Shown in pieces: positions 1-7,602 of a stretch of DNA of 32,000 nucleotides. Below the pieces are notes generated by a model that was not told the origin of the DNA, did not search any database, and saw only the letters and a list, made by a program, of their open reading frames with translations. The stretch covers positions 2,571,127 to 2,603,126 of the forward strand of contig NC_004459.3 of assembly GCF_000039765.1 (NCBI RefSeq), written 5' to 3'. How positions within the stretch are numbered: position 1 is the first letter of the stretch; the number at the start of each line of letters is the position of its first letter. This DNA is from Vibrio vulnificus CMCP6 (GTDB taxonomy: Bacteria; Pseudomonadota; Gammaproteobacteria; Enterobacterales; Vibrionaceae). The position numbers and the translations under genes were made by a program.

Positions 1-181
1 ACATGCGCAATTCGAGCAGTTAGTGATAGACGCGATTCGCTCTGGTAAGTTAACCGTAAAGATCTTTGACGCAGTAAACCCAAGTTTGAATTCTGCGACA
101 AGAAAGCTACAAGATGTTAAGCATGCAAGTAGAAACAATTTTTACCGATTGCAGCAAGGTGGAAAGGTAAGTCCGAAATAA
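1..181 (+). CDS. 3' end of a cassette ORF cut by the window edge (hypothetical protein)
   Basis: Open frame from nt 2 (HAQFEQLVIDAIRSGKLTVKIF...QQGGKVSPK) ending at TAA 179-181, 5 nt before an attC. It falls below the ORF-track length cutoff. Confidence 0.45.
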   Translation, partial: HAQFEQLVIDAIRSGKLTVKIFDAVNPSLNSATRKLQDVKHASRNNFYRLQQGGKVSPK

Positions 182-186
182 ATCAT

Positions 187-308
187 ATAACAAACAATTC
201 AACAGTGATTCGCAACGCTTGGCGCTCTCACTTCGGGTTGAATTTAGTGTTTACGGCGCAGCCTTCAAGTTCAGTGTATGCGCTGCTCACACGTTAATTG
301 GGCGTTAT
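187..308 (+). repeat. attC site 1 (VCR-like)
   Basis: Starts ATAACAAAC (R''), has the dyad GATTCGCAACGC / GCGCTGCTCACA, and ends GGCGTTAT (R' GTTRRRY). Confidence 0.85.
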
Positions 309-656
309 GCTTAATCACGTAAAATCAGTGGTTTATGGTTTTCTTTGTTCCCTTAGCTTTTCAGTTTGGTGTATGTCGGTAAGTTGACTTCATTGGGCGC
401 TGTTTTTCGGACACTTATTCTTTGGCGCTGAAAATTCAGAGAGTTACCTCAATCAATTTTCAGGTAAGCGAGAGGTTAGGGTGGCTGGCTCAATCAGCAA
501 TTTGATCTTAGGTTTTTGAGTTTTAGCGGCCGAATTTCAAAGCCCAGATTTTCAAAACTATGAGTCATTTCGGTTTTCTACGTTTTGGCTTTTGTTTGTA
601 AATCACAGTCGAGTTAATCTTGTTTTCAGAAAAACGTAATCCATTGAAGCTTAAGC
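309..656 (+). other. Gene-less integron cassette, family member 1
   Basis: Bounded by attC 1 and attC 2 with no ORF of 60 aa or more. Clearly alignable to 8294-8646 and 14847-15193, with indels that are not multiples of 3. Confidence 0.8.
592..620 (+). promoter_or_regulatory. Candidate sigma70-like promoter in gene-less cassette (TTGTTT-17-TAATCT)
   Basis: Hexamers at 592-597 and 615-620 with a 17-nt spacer. The same arrangement recurs in members 3, 4 and 6 inside the conserved block GAGTTAATCTTGG. Confidence 0.3.
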
Positions 657-779
657 ATAACAAGGCGTTCAAGAGGGATTCATGCCGCGTGGCATTTTTG
701 GTATGCGGTGAGTTTTGGTGGTGAAAGTAGTGTGCGGAAAGTTGGTTTATGCGGCATTCACCTCTTAACGCGGCGTTAT
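657..779 (+). repeat. attC site 2
   Basis: ATAACAAGGCGTTCAAGAGGGATTCATGCCGCGTGGCA ... GCGGCATTCACCTCTTAACGCGGCGTTAT. Confidence 0.9.
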
Positions 780-807
780 ATTTTTAATCAATTTTCGAGT
801 CGAAATC

Positions 808-1272
808 ATGGATGAAAGAAGTAGAGTTTACCTGGAACAATATCTGAACTCTTTACCTGATGAGGTCGCTTCCAAATACACTTCGTTCAGCTCAGACTAT
901 TTCTGTGCAGATGAACACAATGCTAATCTCTGTGCCGAGTTAATCCTTCGTGGTGAAAAGCGTGCATCATGCAGCTTAGACTATTGGTACAGTGAAAAAG
1001 GCGAGCCAATGCCAGTTGTTGGACACCTTCAAGTCGTGACAAATTGGGATGGTATACCGATTTGTATTATAGAAATGACGTCTGTAACCAAGCAAAAATA
1101 CAGCGAAGTAACACCGGAGTTCGCGGCTTTAGAAGGTGAGGGTGACAAGACTTTAGCTTGGTGGCGGGAGGCGCATTGGAACTTCTTCTCAAAAGAGTGC
1201 GTAGAGTTAGAAATATCACCGTCGGAAGATATGTTGCTAGTACTAGAGCAGTTCAAAGTGGTGTACAAATAA
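808..1272 (+). CDS. ASCH domain protein (PUA-like fold, COG4405-like)
   Basis: 154 aa. The pattern YW...GEP.P.VG...V..DG.P.CIIE...V....F.EV..EFA..EGEGD..L..WR..HW.FF matches my memory of ASCH-family proteins. Confidence 0.7.
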   Translation: MDERSRVYLEQYLNSLPDEVASKYTSFSSDYFCADEHNANLCAELILRGEKRASCSLDYWYSEKGEPMPVVGHLQVVTNWDGIPICIIEMTSVTKQKYSEVTPEFAALEGEGDKTLAWWREAHWNFFSKECVELEISPSEDMLLVLEQFKVVYK

Positions 1273-1275
1273 AAA

Positions 1276-2366
1276 CTTAGTATCAAGTTTGAAGTGCGAC
1301 ACTTTTTACAGATGCGCATGAATATACTCCGTTGGTGTCCTATACCCAAGTCTTTTGCGTGGGCGCGTATTTAATTTGTGTGCAATTTCATTGCAGAGCT
1401 TCTGTGTTACGTGTGACATAGAAGTTCGTTTTGGTAAGTATTGTCGTATCAAACCATTGGTGTTTTCATTAGTCCCTCGCTCCCATGAATGGTATGGATT
1501 TGCAAAGTAAAACAGACAGTTATGATGTTTTTCCAGTTGTGCATAACCATGAAATTCAGTGCCGTTATCCGCAGTTATCGTCTTAAAAGGTAAGTCAGAG
1601 CGGGTCATGATTTTGCTCATTCTTACGTTGAGCGACTCGCTTGTTCTATCGTCCATTTGCCCTATAAAAGTGTAGCCAGTCATTCTGTCGACTAAAGTTA
1701 CGATACAGTGCTTGGTTCCGCGGCCAACGACGGTATCAATTTCCCAATGGCCAGGCTCATTTCGATGCTCAGCTTTTGCAGGTCTTTCGGTAATATGACG
1801 CTTTGCTGCCAGCCGACCTCGGCTGTCTTTTGAGTTATATCTTTTGCGCCTTTTCTTGGTCGATTGGCGTAGATGTTTCCATAGTGTTCCACCGAGAGTT
1901 TTGTCGTTCCAAATATGCTGATAAATGAGCTCGTGGCTCATTGTTGGATAGCCTCTTACCCTTAGGTATCCGACGATTTGGTCAGGGCTCCAATCCAGTC
2001 GTAGCAAGGCTTCAGGTAACCTGAAGTCGATTTCGCTATAGCGCTTGTTTCTGCGCGAGCGGCTTAGCCGGTTGCGAGCCATCTGTTGGGCTCTCCATGC
2101 TTGATAGGAGAACCTTCTAAAGTGTCTGTTGTATCGGGAATTACGTTCAATTTCTCGATAGATAGTAGCTTTGTGACGACCTAGTTGTTTAGCTATTTTA
2201 GCGGTACTAATTCCTTGCTTTCTGAGCGCAGAAATCATATACCTTTCGTTCTCAGTGAGGTGCGTGTATCTCATGTTTTTTACTTCTTGGCGGGAGCAAA
2301 CTTCATGATTATCGCATCTCACTGTTTTTATGTTCAGAGGTGTCGCACTTCGTACTTGAATCCAAG
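1276..2366 (-). mobile_element. IS30-family insertion sequence, copy 1 (1091 bp)
   Basis: 27-bp imperfect terminal IRs: CTTAGTATCAAGTTTGAAGTGCGACAC (1276-) and the reverse complement of GTGTCGCACTTCGTACTTGAATCCAAG (-2366). AAA flanks both ends, a possible 3-bp TSD. Single transposase ORF. Confidence 0.9.
1306..2274 (-). CDS. IS30-family DDE transposase
   Basis: N-terminal HTH (LTENERYMISALRKQGISTAKIAKQLGRHKATIYREIERN) and a C-terminal integrase-like DDE core (WEIDTV...ITADNGTEF...PYHSWERGTNENTNGL). The ORF track extends to a GTG at 2322; ATG 2274 (MRYTHL) is the more likely start. Confidence 0.9.
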   Translation of the reverse strand: MRYTHLTENERYMISALRKQGISTAKIAKQLGRHKATIYREIERNSRYNRHFRRFSYQAWRAQQMARNRLSRSRRNKRYSEIDFRLPEALLRLDWSPDQIVGYLRVRGYPTMSHELIYQHIWNDKTLGGTLWKHLRQSTKKRRKRYNSKDSRGRLAAKRHITERPAKAEHRNEPGHWEIDTVVGRGTKHCIVTLVDRMTGYTFIGQMDDRTSESLNVRMSKIMTRSDLPFKTITADNGTEFHGYAQLEKHHNCLFYFANPYHSWERGTNENTNGLIRQYLPKRTSMSHVTQKLCNEIAHKLNTRPRKRLGYRTPTEYIHAHL

Positions 2367-2370
2367 AAAT

Positions 2371-2492
2371 ATAACAAGGCGTTCAAGTGGGATTCATGCC
2401 GCGTGGCATTTTTAGTATGCGGTGTTTTTTGGTGGGTAAAGTGGTCTGCGGAAAGTTGTTTAGGCGGCATTCACCCCTTAACGCAGCGTTAG
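2371..2492 (+). repeat. attC site 3
   Basis: ATAACAAGGCGTTCAAGTGGGATTCATGCCGCGTGGCA ... GCGGCATTCACCCCTTAACGCAGCGTTAG. Begins 4 nt after the IS30 end. Confidence 0.9.
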
Positions 2493-2607
2493 AGCGCACC
2501 TACAATAATCACATTTTGTGACCGTGTTTAAAATGCCATACTGTTATTGTTTCATATTGTAATCAATCATTTATCATTGGGTTGAATTCATAATTGGAGA
2601 TTCTTAT

Positions 2608-3294
2608 ATGGCAAGATGTACTGCACCAGTAAATGGTCACCGTACAGCAAGTGCTAGAGCTAACTGTCCAGCATGCAGTAGCCGTGGTAGCTACAGTTCA
2701 TATTCATCATACCCTTCGTCCTCATATTCATCGTTTGGAGGAAGTGGTTACCGTTCAGGTGGTTCAAGCTCAAGTAGCCCAAGACCAAGTTGGTCAAGTC
2801 CAGGCTCTTCTGTAGTTTATACTCAAGCTGAAATTAGAACTCTTACTCCAGTCCGAAAAAATGTAGAGAGACGAGCTTCTAAACCTGATCTTCGCGATGT
2901 CTTCCTATGTCACGCTTGGGATGACCGTAAAGGAATCGCCAAGGAGTTACATGATTTACTCGAAGCTAAGGGTGTTTCAGTTTGGTTTAGTGAAAAAGAC
3001 GTTTTGCTCGGCTCAAACTTAATGCGTGAAATCGATAAGGGTTTAGCTAAATCAAGAATTGGAATTGTTATGGTAACGCCATCATTTTTGAAGCGCATAG
3101 CTGGCGAGGGGGTTGCTGACAAAGAGCTTTCGGCTTTACTCTCTACTGATTTGCTAGTACCAATTGTCCACGACACTACGTATGACGATCTTCGGGATGT
3201 AAGCCCGTTACTAGGTTCGCGAAGTGGCTTAGATACAGCAGAAGATCCATTAGATAATGTTGCTAGCAAACTTGCGGAGCTAGTGGCGCTCTAA
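2608..3294 (+). CDS. TIR-domain protein with Cys-motif and Ser/Tyr/Gly-rich low-complexity N-terminus
   Basis: 228 aa. The C-terminal half has TIR hallmarks: DVFLCHAWDD, KGIAKELHDLLEAKGVSVWFSEKDVLLGSNL, IDKGLAKSRIGIVMVTPSFLKR, ADKELSAL. The N-terminus has C4...C20PAC23 followed by SYSSYSSYPSSSYSSFGGSGYRSGGSSSSS. RBS GGAGA lies upstream of the ATG. Confidence 0.85.
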   Translation: MARCTAPVNGHRTASARANCPACSSRGSYSSYSSYPSSSYSSFGGSGYRSGGSSSSSPRPSWSSPGSSVVYTQAEIRTLTPVRKNVERRASKPDLRDVFLCHAWDDRKGIAKELHDLLEAKGVSVWFSEKDVLLGSNLMREIDKGLAKSRIGIVMVTPSFLKRIAGEGVADKELSALLSTDLLVPIVHDTTYDDLRDVSPLLGSRSGLDTAEDPLDNVASKLAELVAL

Positions 3295-3412
3295 CAATCT
3301 GTTTAAGAGTGATTCGCAACGCGTGGCATTTTTACTATGCGTTGCGTTTTGTGTTTAAGGTGGCATGCGGGAGCTTCGGTATTGCGTTGCTCACACCTTA
3401 ACAGGGCGTTAT
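3292..3412 (+). repeat. attC site 4
   Basis: TAACAATCTGTTTAAGAGTGATTCGCAACGCGTGGCA ... GCGTTGCTCACACCTTAACAGGGCGTTAT. The TIR stop codon lies inside R''. Confidence 0.85.
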
Positions 3413-3762
3413 GTTTAATCACGTAAAATCAGTTGGTTGCACTCTTTTTTGCTCACGCAGCTTTCAAGTTTTTCCCTTGTCGGCAAGTTAACATCGTTGA
3501 TCGCTGTTTTCTGGACTCCAATTCGTGGGCGCTAAAAATTCAGAGAGTTGCCTCATTGAAATGTAGTGTTTGGGTGAGGCGAGTGCAGCTTGCTCAGTTT
3601 TAAAGTTAGAGCCTCAGGTTTTCGTTTTCTAACATTGCAACTCAAAGTAAATCCAATTAATTTTATTAGTTAATTCAGTTTTTTAGGCTGTGGCTTTGGT
3701 GTGTAAAGGTAAGTCGAGTTAAGCTCTTGGTATCGTAAAACTTAACCCTTTGAGTCTTAAAC
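3413..3762 (+). other. Gene-less integron cassette, family member 2 (divergent 3' half)
   Basis: Shares the 5' TTAATCACGTAAAATCAG, GTCGGCAAGTT and CAGAGAGTTGCCTCA blocks with member 1 at the same offsets. No credible ORF. Confidence 0.7.
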
Positions 3763-3885
3763 ATAACAAGGCGTTCAAGTGGGATTCATGCCGCGTGGCA
3801 TTTTTGGTATGCGGTTGGTTTTTGTGGTGAAAGTGGTGTGCGGAAAGCTGGTTTAGGCGGCATTCACCCCTTAACGCAGCGTTAT
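3763..3885 (+). repeat. attC site 5
   Basis: ATAACAAGGCGTTCAAGTGGGATTCATGCCGCGTGGCA ... GGCGGCATTCACCCCTTAACGCAGCGTTAT. Confidence 0.9.
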
Positions 3886-3911
3886 GCCTTAACGTGAAAA
3901 CGGGAGAATAT

Positions 3912-4379
3912 ATGAAAGGGAAGATTCTTCGCTGGGTTGATGAACGTGGGTTTGGGTTCATTAAATCTGATGAGCTTGATGGCGACGTATTTGTTCATAT
4001 ATCCAAGTTTCCCCAAGGCTATCGTCGCCCACAAGTAGGTGATCATGTAGAGTTTCATCTGGCAAATAATCAGCCTAAATTAAGTGCAGCAAGTGCTCGT
4101 TTAATTGGCGTGGAACCTCAAAAAACAAACTCTCTTTCAGTTGTAATATCAGCAGCTGTCCTAGGTTTATTAGGTGCTGGATTATACGTGTTTCTTATCG
4201 AACCTAAACTGAACCCAGCGTATGAAAATATGGGTTTTAGTTGTGAAGGTAAAACGTACTGTAGCGAAATGGTGTCTTGTGACGAAGCTAAGTTTTATTT
4301 GTCAAACTGCCCGAACGTAAAAATAGACGGCGACCGTGATGGCATCCCTTGTGAGAGCCAGTTATGTGGCGGCTGGTAG
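3912..4379 (+). CDS. Membrane-anchored cold-shock-domain / Excalibur calcium-binding domain fusion protein
   Basis: CSD (GKILRWVDERGFGFIKSD...DVFVHIS), one TM segment (LSVVISAAVLGLLGAGLYVFLI), and an Excalibur motif (C..M.SCDEAKFYL.NCP.VKIDGDRDGIPCE). ATG 3912 has RBS GGGAGA; the ORF track starts at GTG 3894. Confidence 0.75.
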   Translation: MKGKILRWVDERGFGFIKSDELDGDVFVHISKFPQGYRRPQVGDHVEFHLANNQPKLSAASARLIGVEPQKTNSLSVVISAAVLGLLGAGLYVFLIEPKLNPAYENMGFSCEGKTYCSEMVSCDEAKFYLSNCPNVKIDGDRDGIPCESQLCGGW

Positions 4380-4386
4380 TATCGGC

Positions 4387-4508
4387 ATAACAAACAATTT
4401 AAGAGTGATTCGGCACGCGTGGCATTTTTGATATGCGTTGGTTTTAGTGGTTAAGGCGGTATGCGGCGGCATTGGTATTGCGTGCCTCACACCTTAATTG
4501 GGCGTTAT
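4387..4508 (+). repeat. attC site 6
   Basis: ATAACAAACAATTTAAGAGTGATTCGGCACGCGTGGCA ... GCGTGCCTCACACCTTAATTGGGCGTTAT. Confidence 0.85.
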
Positions 4509-4534
4509 ATTGTTTTTCAAGTTCAGGGATTAAA

Positions 4535-4834
4535 ATGAGTGAGTTATTTAACACTCTGATGGTTTGTGCGGTGTTGGTTTCATTGTTTCCGCTTATAAAA
4601 TCCAGCAAGAGTTTTTATGATGAATGGAGTGAAATGGAGAATGAGCATTGGCGTTCTAGAGGGGCCCCACCGTTCGCAGTGTTCCATTTTGGTATGTTCT
4701 TATTTGTTCCAATGCTTTTCGGCAAAGATCTGGAACAATTGAATAATAAGAGTTTGATAAAACGTAGGAATGATCTCAGGTACAGCTTTGCTATTTTTTC
4801 GCTACTGTTGCTCGCATCCCAGTTAAATCAATAA
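4535..4834 (+). CDS. Small membrane protein, unknown function
   Basis: 99 aa from ATG 4535 (MSELFNTLMVCAVLVSLFPL...) with about 3 hydrophobic segments. The track ORF start at 4472 lies inside attC 6 and is rejected. Confidence 0.55.
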   Translation: MSELFNTLMVCAVLVSLFPLIKSSKSFYDEWSEMENEHWRSRGAPPFAVFHFGMFLFVPMLFGKDLEQLNNKSLIKRRNDLRYSFAIFSLLLLASQLNQ

Positions 4835-4855
4835 ATTGGTTTTGGCAGCATCAAT

Positions 4856-4977
4856 ATAACAAGGCGTTTAAGAGGGATTCATGCCGCGTGGCATTTTTGG
4901 TATGCGGTTAGTTTTGGTGGTGAAGTGGTCTGCGGAAAGCTGGTTTAAGCGGCATTCACCCCTTAACGCAGCGTTAT
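4856..4977 (+). repeat. attC site 7
   Basis: ATAACAAGGCGTTTAAGAGGGATTCATGCCGCGTGGCA ... GCGGCATTCACCCCTTAACGCAGCGTTAT. Confidence 0.9.
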
Positions 4978-5448
4978 ATGCAATGGATTGGAATGTTTAT
5001 GAAAGGATTAAATGGCATCTTAAACGGTTTCACCTGGGGAATCGGTTTCTCAGTTGCAATCATTCTGAGTGGGTTGGTTTATACAAAGTTTGTTGAACCG
5101 TCGCTCGGAAATATTCTTGAAGACAAAGAAATCGATGACAAAGCAATTGAGTATTTAGCGGATTTCAAAACTGCCTATGGTTTAACATTGAAAAATGTCT
5201 TCAAAGATGGGGACGACGTGCGTTTAGCTGTCGTACAGGAAAACCTTACGGAAGACGCATTATATTCTCGTGAAGTTTTAGCATCTGCGTTTGATGTGAA
5301 TGGTAATTTTATTGGTAATTGTATCGGCGAAAATGAACTTTTCATTATGCAGCCAAAGGAAACCTCTTATCTTGAGATCAAATGTGCATTTGTACCATCG
5401 CAAGTCGAGCAAATCGATTCGTTTAAGTTAAGAATTAAGCCGATTTAG
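4978..5448 (+). CDS. N-terminally anchored protein, unknown function
   Basis: 156 aa with one TM segment (FTWGIGFSVAIILSGLVYTKF) followed by a soluble domain. The start is uncertain, with in-frame ATGs at 4978, 4993 and 4999. Confidence 0.55.
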   Translation: MQWIGMFMKGLNGILNGFTWGIGFSVAIILSGLVYTKFVEPSLGNILEDKEIDDKAIEYLADFKTAYGLTLKNVFKDGDDVRLAVVQENLTEDALYSREVLASAFDVNGNFIGNCIGENELFIMQPKETSYLEIKCAFVPSQVEQIDSFKLRIKPI

Positions 5449-5468
5449 CAAGCGCCAGAAAATTGCAT

Positions 5469-5591
5469 ATAACAAGGCGTTCAAGAGGGATTCATGCCGC
5501 GTGGCATTTTTGGCTTGCGGTGGTTTTTGGTGGTGAAAGTGGTATGCGGAAAGTTGGTTTAGGCGGCATTCACCCCTTAACGCAGCGTTAT
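5469..5591 (+). repeat. attC site 8
   Basis: ATAACAAGGCGTTCAAGAGGGATTCATGCCGCGTGGCA ... GGCGGCATTCACCCCTTAACGCAGCGTTAT. Confidence 0.9.
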
Positions 5592-5608
5592 ACGTTTAAG
5601 GAGAAATC

Positions 5609-5995
5609 GTGGTCGTCATATATGGAATAAAAGATCATTTGAATCCAATTAAAGCTGAGTTGTCCGATGTGATTCAGAACTCAATGACTCAAGCTCTAGG
5701 CTTGCCCGAGGATAAACGAGCTCACAGGTTTATTCCGCTTGATAAAAGTGATTTCTACTATCCTAGTGGTCGCACTGATGCCTACACGGTGATCGAAGTA
5801 AACATGATGGAAGGTCGCAAAGTAGAAACGAAAAAGGCATTGATCAAAGCGCTTTTTAGTAACATTGAATCTCGATTAGGCATTTCACCCGTTGATATTG
5901 AAATCACAATTAAAGAGCAGCCTTCCCATTGTTGGGGTTTCAGAGGCATTACAGGTGACGAAGTCGCCGACTTAACCTACAAAATCCACGTATAA
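5609..5995 (+). CDS. Tautomerase-family protein (Tautomerase_2-like)
   Basis: 128 aa with a GTG start 6 nt after a strong RBS (AAGGAG). The pattern IYG.K..L.P....LSD.I......AL..P..KR.HRF.PL...DF..P.GR.D.YT.IE....EGR..E.KK.LI..LF...E recalls this family. Confidence 0.6.
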   Translation: MVVIYGIKDHLNPIKAELSDVIQNSMTQALGLPEDKRAHRFIPLDKSDFYYPSGRTDAYTVIEVNMMEGRKVETKKALIKALFSNIESRLGISPVDIEITIKEQPSHCWGFRGITGDEVADLTYKIHV

Positions 5996-6114
5996 CAAGG
6001 CGTTAAAGTGGGATTCATGCCGCGTGGCATTTTTGGTATGCGGTGAGTATTGGCGGTGAAAGTGGTCTGCGGAAAGTTGGTTTAGGCGGCATTCACCCCT
6101 TAACGCAGCGTTAT
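5992..6114 (+). repeat. attC site 9
   Basis: ATAACAAGGCGTTAAAGTGGGATTCATGCCGCGTGGCA ... GGCGGCATTCACCCCTTAACGCAGCGTTAT. The upstream stop codon lies in R''. Confidence 0.9.
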
Positions 6115-6131
6115 GTTTCAATGGAGTTCTA

Positions 6132-6878
6132 GTGAAGTTAACAGAGTTTGAAAATAAAATAATAGAACTGGTTGGGTGTACTAAGGGTAACGCTGGCTTT
6201 GCAGCTAAATCTAGTATACGCCATATAGAGCGCTCGCTCGCTTTATCTGATTCTATGCCAGAAGTGTCCGCCTTTTTAGCAATAACTGCAGAAGAGGAAG
6301 CCGCGACAGCGCTGTTTCTAGCACTGAAGAATAAAAAATATAATCGTGCTAAAGAGCTGAATAAAAAGCGTCATCAACATAAGGGTGGTGTGTATCCATT
6401 CTTATCCTTACTTAAAGAGACAATTCTGGCTCTGAAAGAAGGGCCAACCTATGAGCTGATAATTGAAGAGGGCCCTAAAGCATCACTGCTTAAACTGCGA
6501 CATATCATTTTCATCGATGGTGAGTATAGATATTTTTATCCCGATCCCCCTCTGAATCTTTTTTCTTTAGATTCGATGGGGAAAGCTCAAGATTATTTTG
6601 AAGGTGTGAAATCAATAGCGGTAGAAAGAGGAATTTTATCAATTAGGGATCATATTGAGAAAGTTGCTAATATCCGCAATACGATACTTTATGCATCAGA
6701 TAGCTCTCTACCAAATGTCTCAAATGTTGAGGAAATGTTGAGCAGGCATATCGGAGCTGCATTGATTATTCAAATGATTTACCTACTAGTGGTTCAAAAT
6801 AAAAAACAGAACCTAGTTGAACAATGTCTTGATGTATTTTTAAGTGTTCAATGTGGATTTACGGCTAATGAAACATAA
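6132..6878 (+). CDS. Hypothetical 248-aa cytoplasmic protein (weak AbiV/HEPN-like N-terminal pattern)
   Basis: GTG start 5 nt after GGAG. No TM segment. The N-terminus (SSIRHIERSLAL...VSAFLAITAEEEAATALFLAL) recalls the helical A..LAI.A.EE..KA signature of AbiV-type proteins. This is a weak, by-eye similarity only. Confidence 0.6.
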   Translation: MKLTEFENKIIELVGCTKGNAGFAAKSSIRHIERSLALSDSMPEVSAFLAITAEEEAATALFLALKNKKYNRAKELNKKRHQHKGGVYPFLSLLKETILALKEGPTYELIIEEGPKASLLKLRHIIFIDGEYRYFYPDPPLNLFSLDSMGKAQDYFEGVKSIAVERGILSIRDHIEKVANIRNTILYASDSSLPNVSNVEEMLSRHIGAALIIQMIYLLVVQNKKQNLVEQCLDVFLSVQCGFTANET

Positions 6879-6999
6879 CAAGCAATTTAAGAGGGATTCA
6901 CAACGCTTGGCACTTTTGCTTCTACTTCAGTTTTAGTGTTTATGGCACAATGCTTTAGGTTTGGGTGGAGGCGTTGTTCACCCCTTAATTGGGCGTTAG
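6875..6999 (+). repeat. attC site 10
   Basis: ATAACAAGCAATTTAAGAGGGATTCACAACGCTTGGCA ... GGCGTTGTTCACCCCTTAATTGGGCGTTAG. Confidence 0.85.
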
Positions 7000-7346
7000 C
7001 TTAAAACATTGAAAATCAATTGTTTGTGGCTTTTTCTTTCTTCCATCGGCAATTAGCTCAGGTTTTTCGGCAAATCAGCATTGTTTGTCAATGCGAGTTT
7101 TGAGCAGTTGCCTCAATTGAGTTTTGGGATTGCGCGAGGTTCGCAAATTTGGCGCAAAGTCGCTTTGGCAGTTTTGCATTCTCTTTGAGTTTTCAGAAAG
7201 TGATTTATCAAAATTTTCGGGTTTTCAAATAGCATGAAAGGCCACAAAGTTTGAACCAATTCGGGTTTCAAAACTCAGGTGGTTTGTTGGTTTTCCAAAT
7301 CGGTTTAATCTCAGCTTTTGGCAAATCTAAGGTGCTGAAATTTAAG
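7000..7346 (+). other. Gene-less integron cassette, family member 3 (divergent)
   Basis: No credible ORF. Retains TCGGCAAATCAGCA, CAGTTGCCTCAATTG and GGTTTAATCT blocks. Confidence 0.65.
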
Positions 7347-7468
7347 CTAACAAACTGCTTAAGCGGGATTCGCAATGCGTGGCATTTTTAGCATGCGGTG
7401 AGTTTCGTGATTAAGTTTGTATGCGGTAGCTTTTGCAGTGCATTGCTCACCCCTTAGCAGGGCGTTAT
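7347..7468 (+). repeat. attC site 11
   Basis: CTAACAAACTGCTTAAGCGGGATTCGCAATGCGTGGCA ... GTGCATTGCTCACCCCTTAGCAGGGCGTTAT. Confidence 0.85.
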
Positions 7469-7602
7469 GCAATGCAAAAAGTCACATGCCTGGTTGACGT
7501 TTGTCGTTTCGATTAATTATCTTTGCTGAGACTCTTTGATTCAATTGTTACCATGTCGTCGTTTTTAGCGATAGAGCTTGTAATGAGCCGAAATGGTAAA
7601 GC

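Noticed and set aside
1-186. Integron integrase (intI) / attI / Pc promoter
   Set aside because: Not present in the window. The cassette orientation implies they lie upstream of position 1, so none is reported.
2185-2415. Track ORFs that start in, end in or traverse attC sites or IS ends (2185-2415, 3719-3961, 4881-5096, 8445-8714, 9508-9732, 9586-9804, 11104-11400, 16778-17236, 17004-17261, 20153-20440, 20193-20546; also the 5' extensions at 4472 and 17693)
   Set aside because: Their similar peptides (…AWHFWYAV…GIHP…, …NAALRGECRLNQLSA…) are simply translations of the conserved attC repeat. They are not conserved outside the repeat, and better-supported starts with an RBS exist downstream.
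2633-2815. 60-aa alternative-frame ORF inside the TIR gene N-terminal region
   Set aside because: It is a by-product of the repetitive AGY/TCN-rich low-complexity tract. It has no RBS, and the main frame continues into a bona fide TIR domain.
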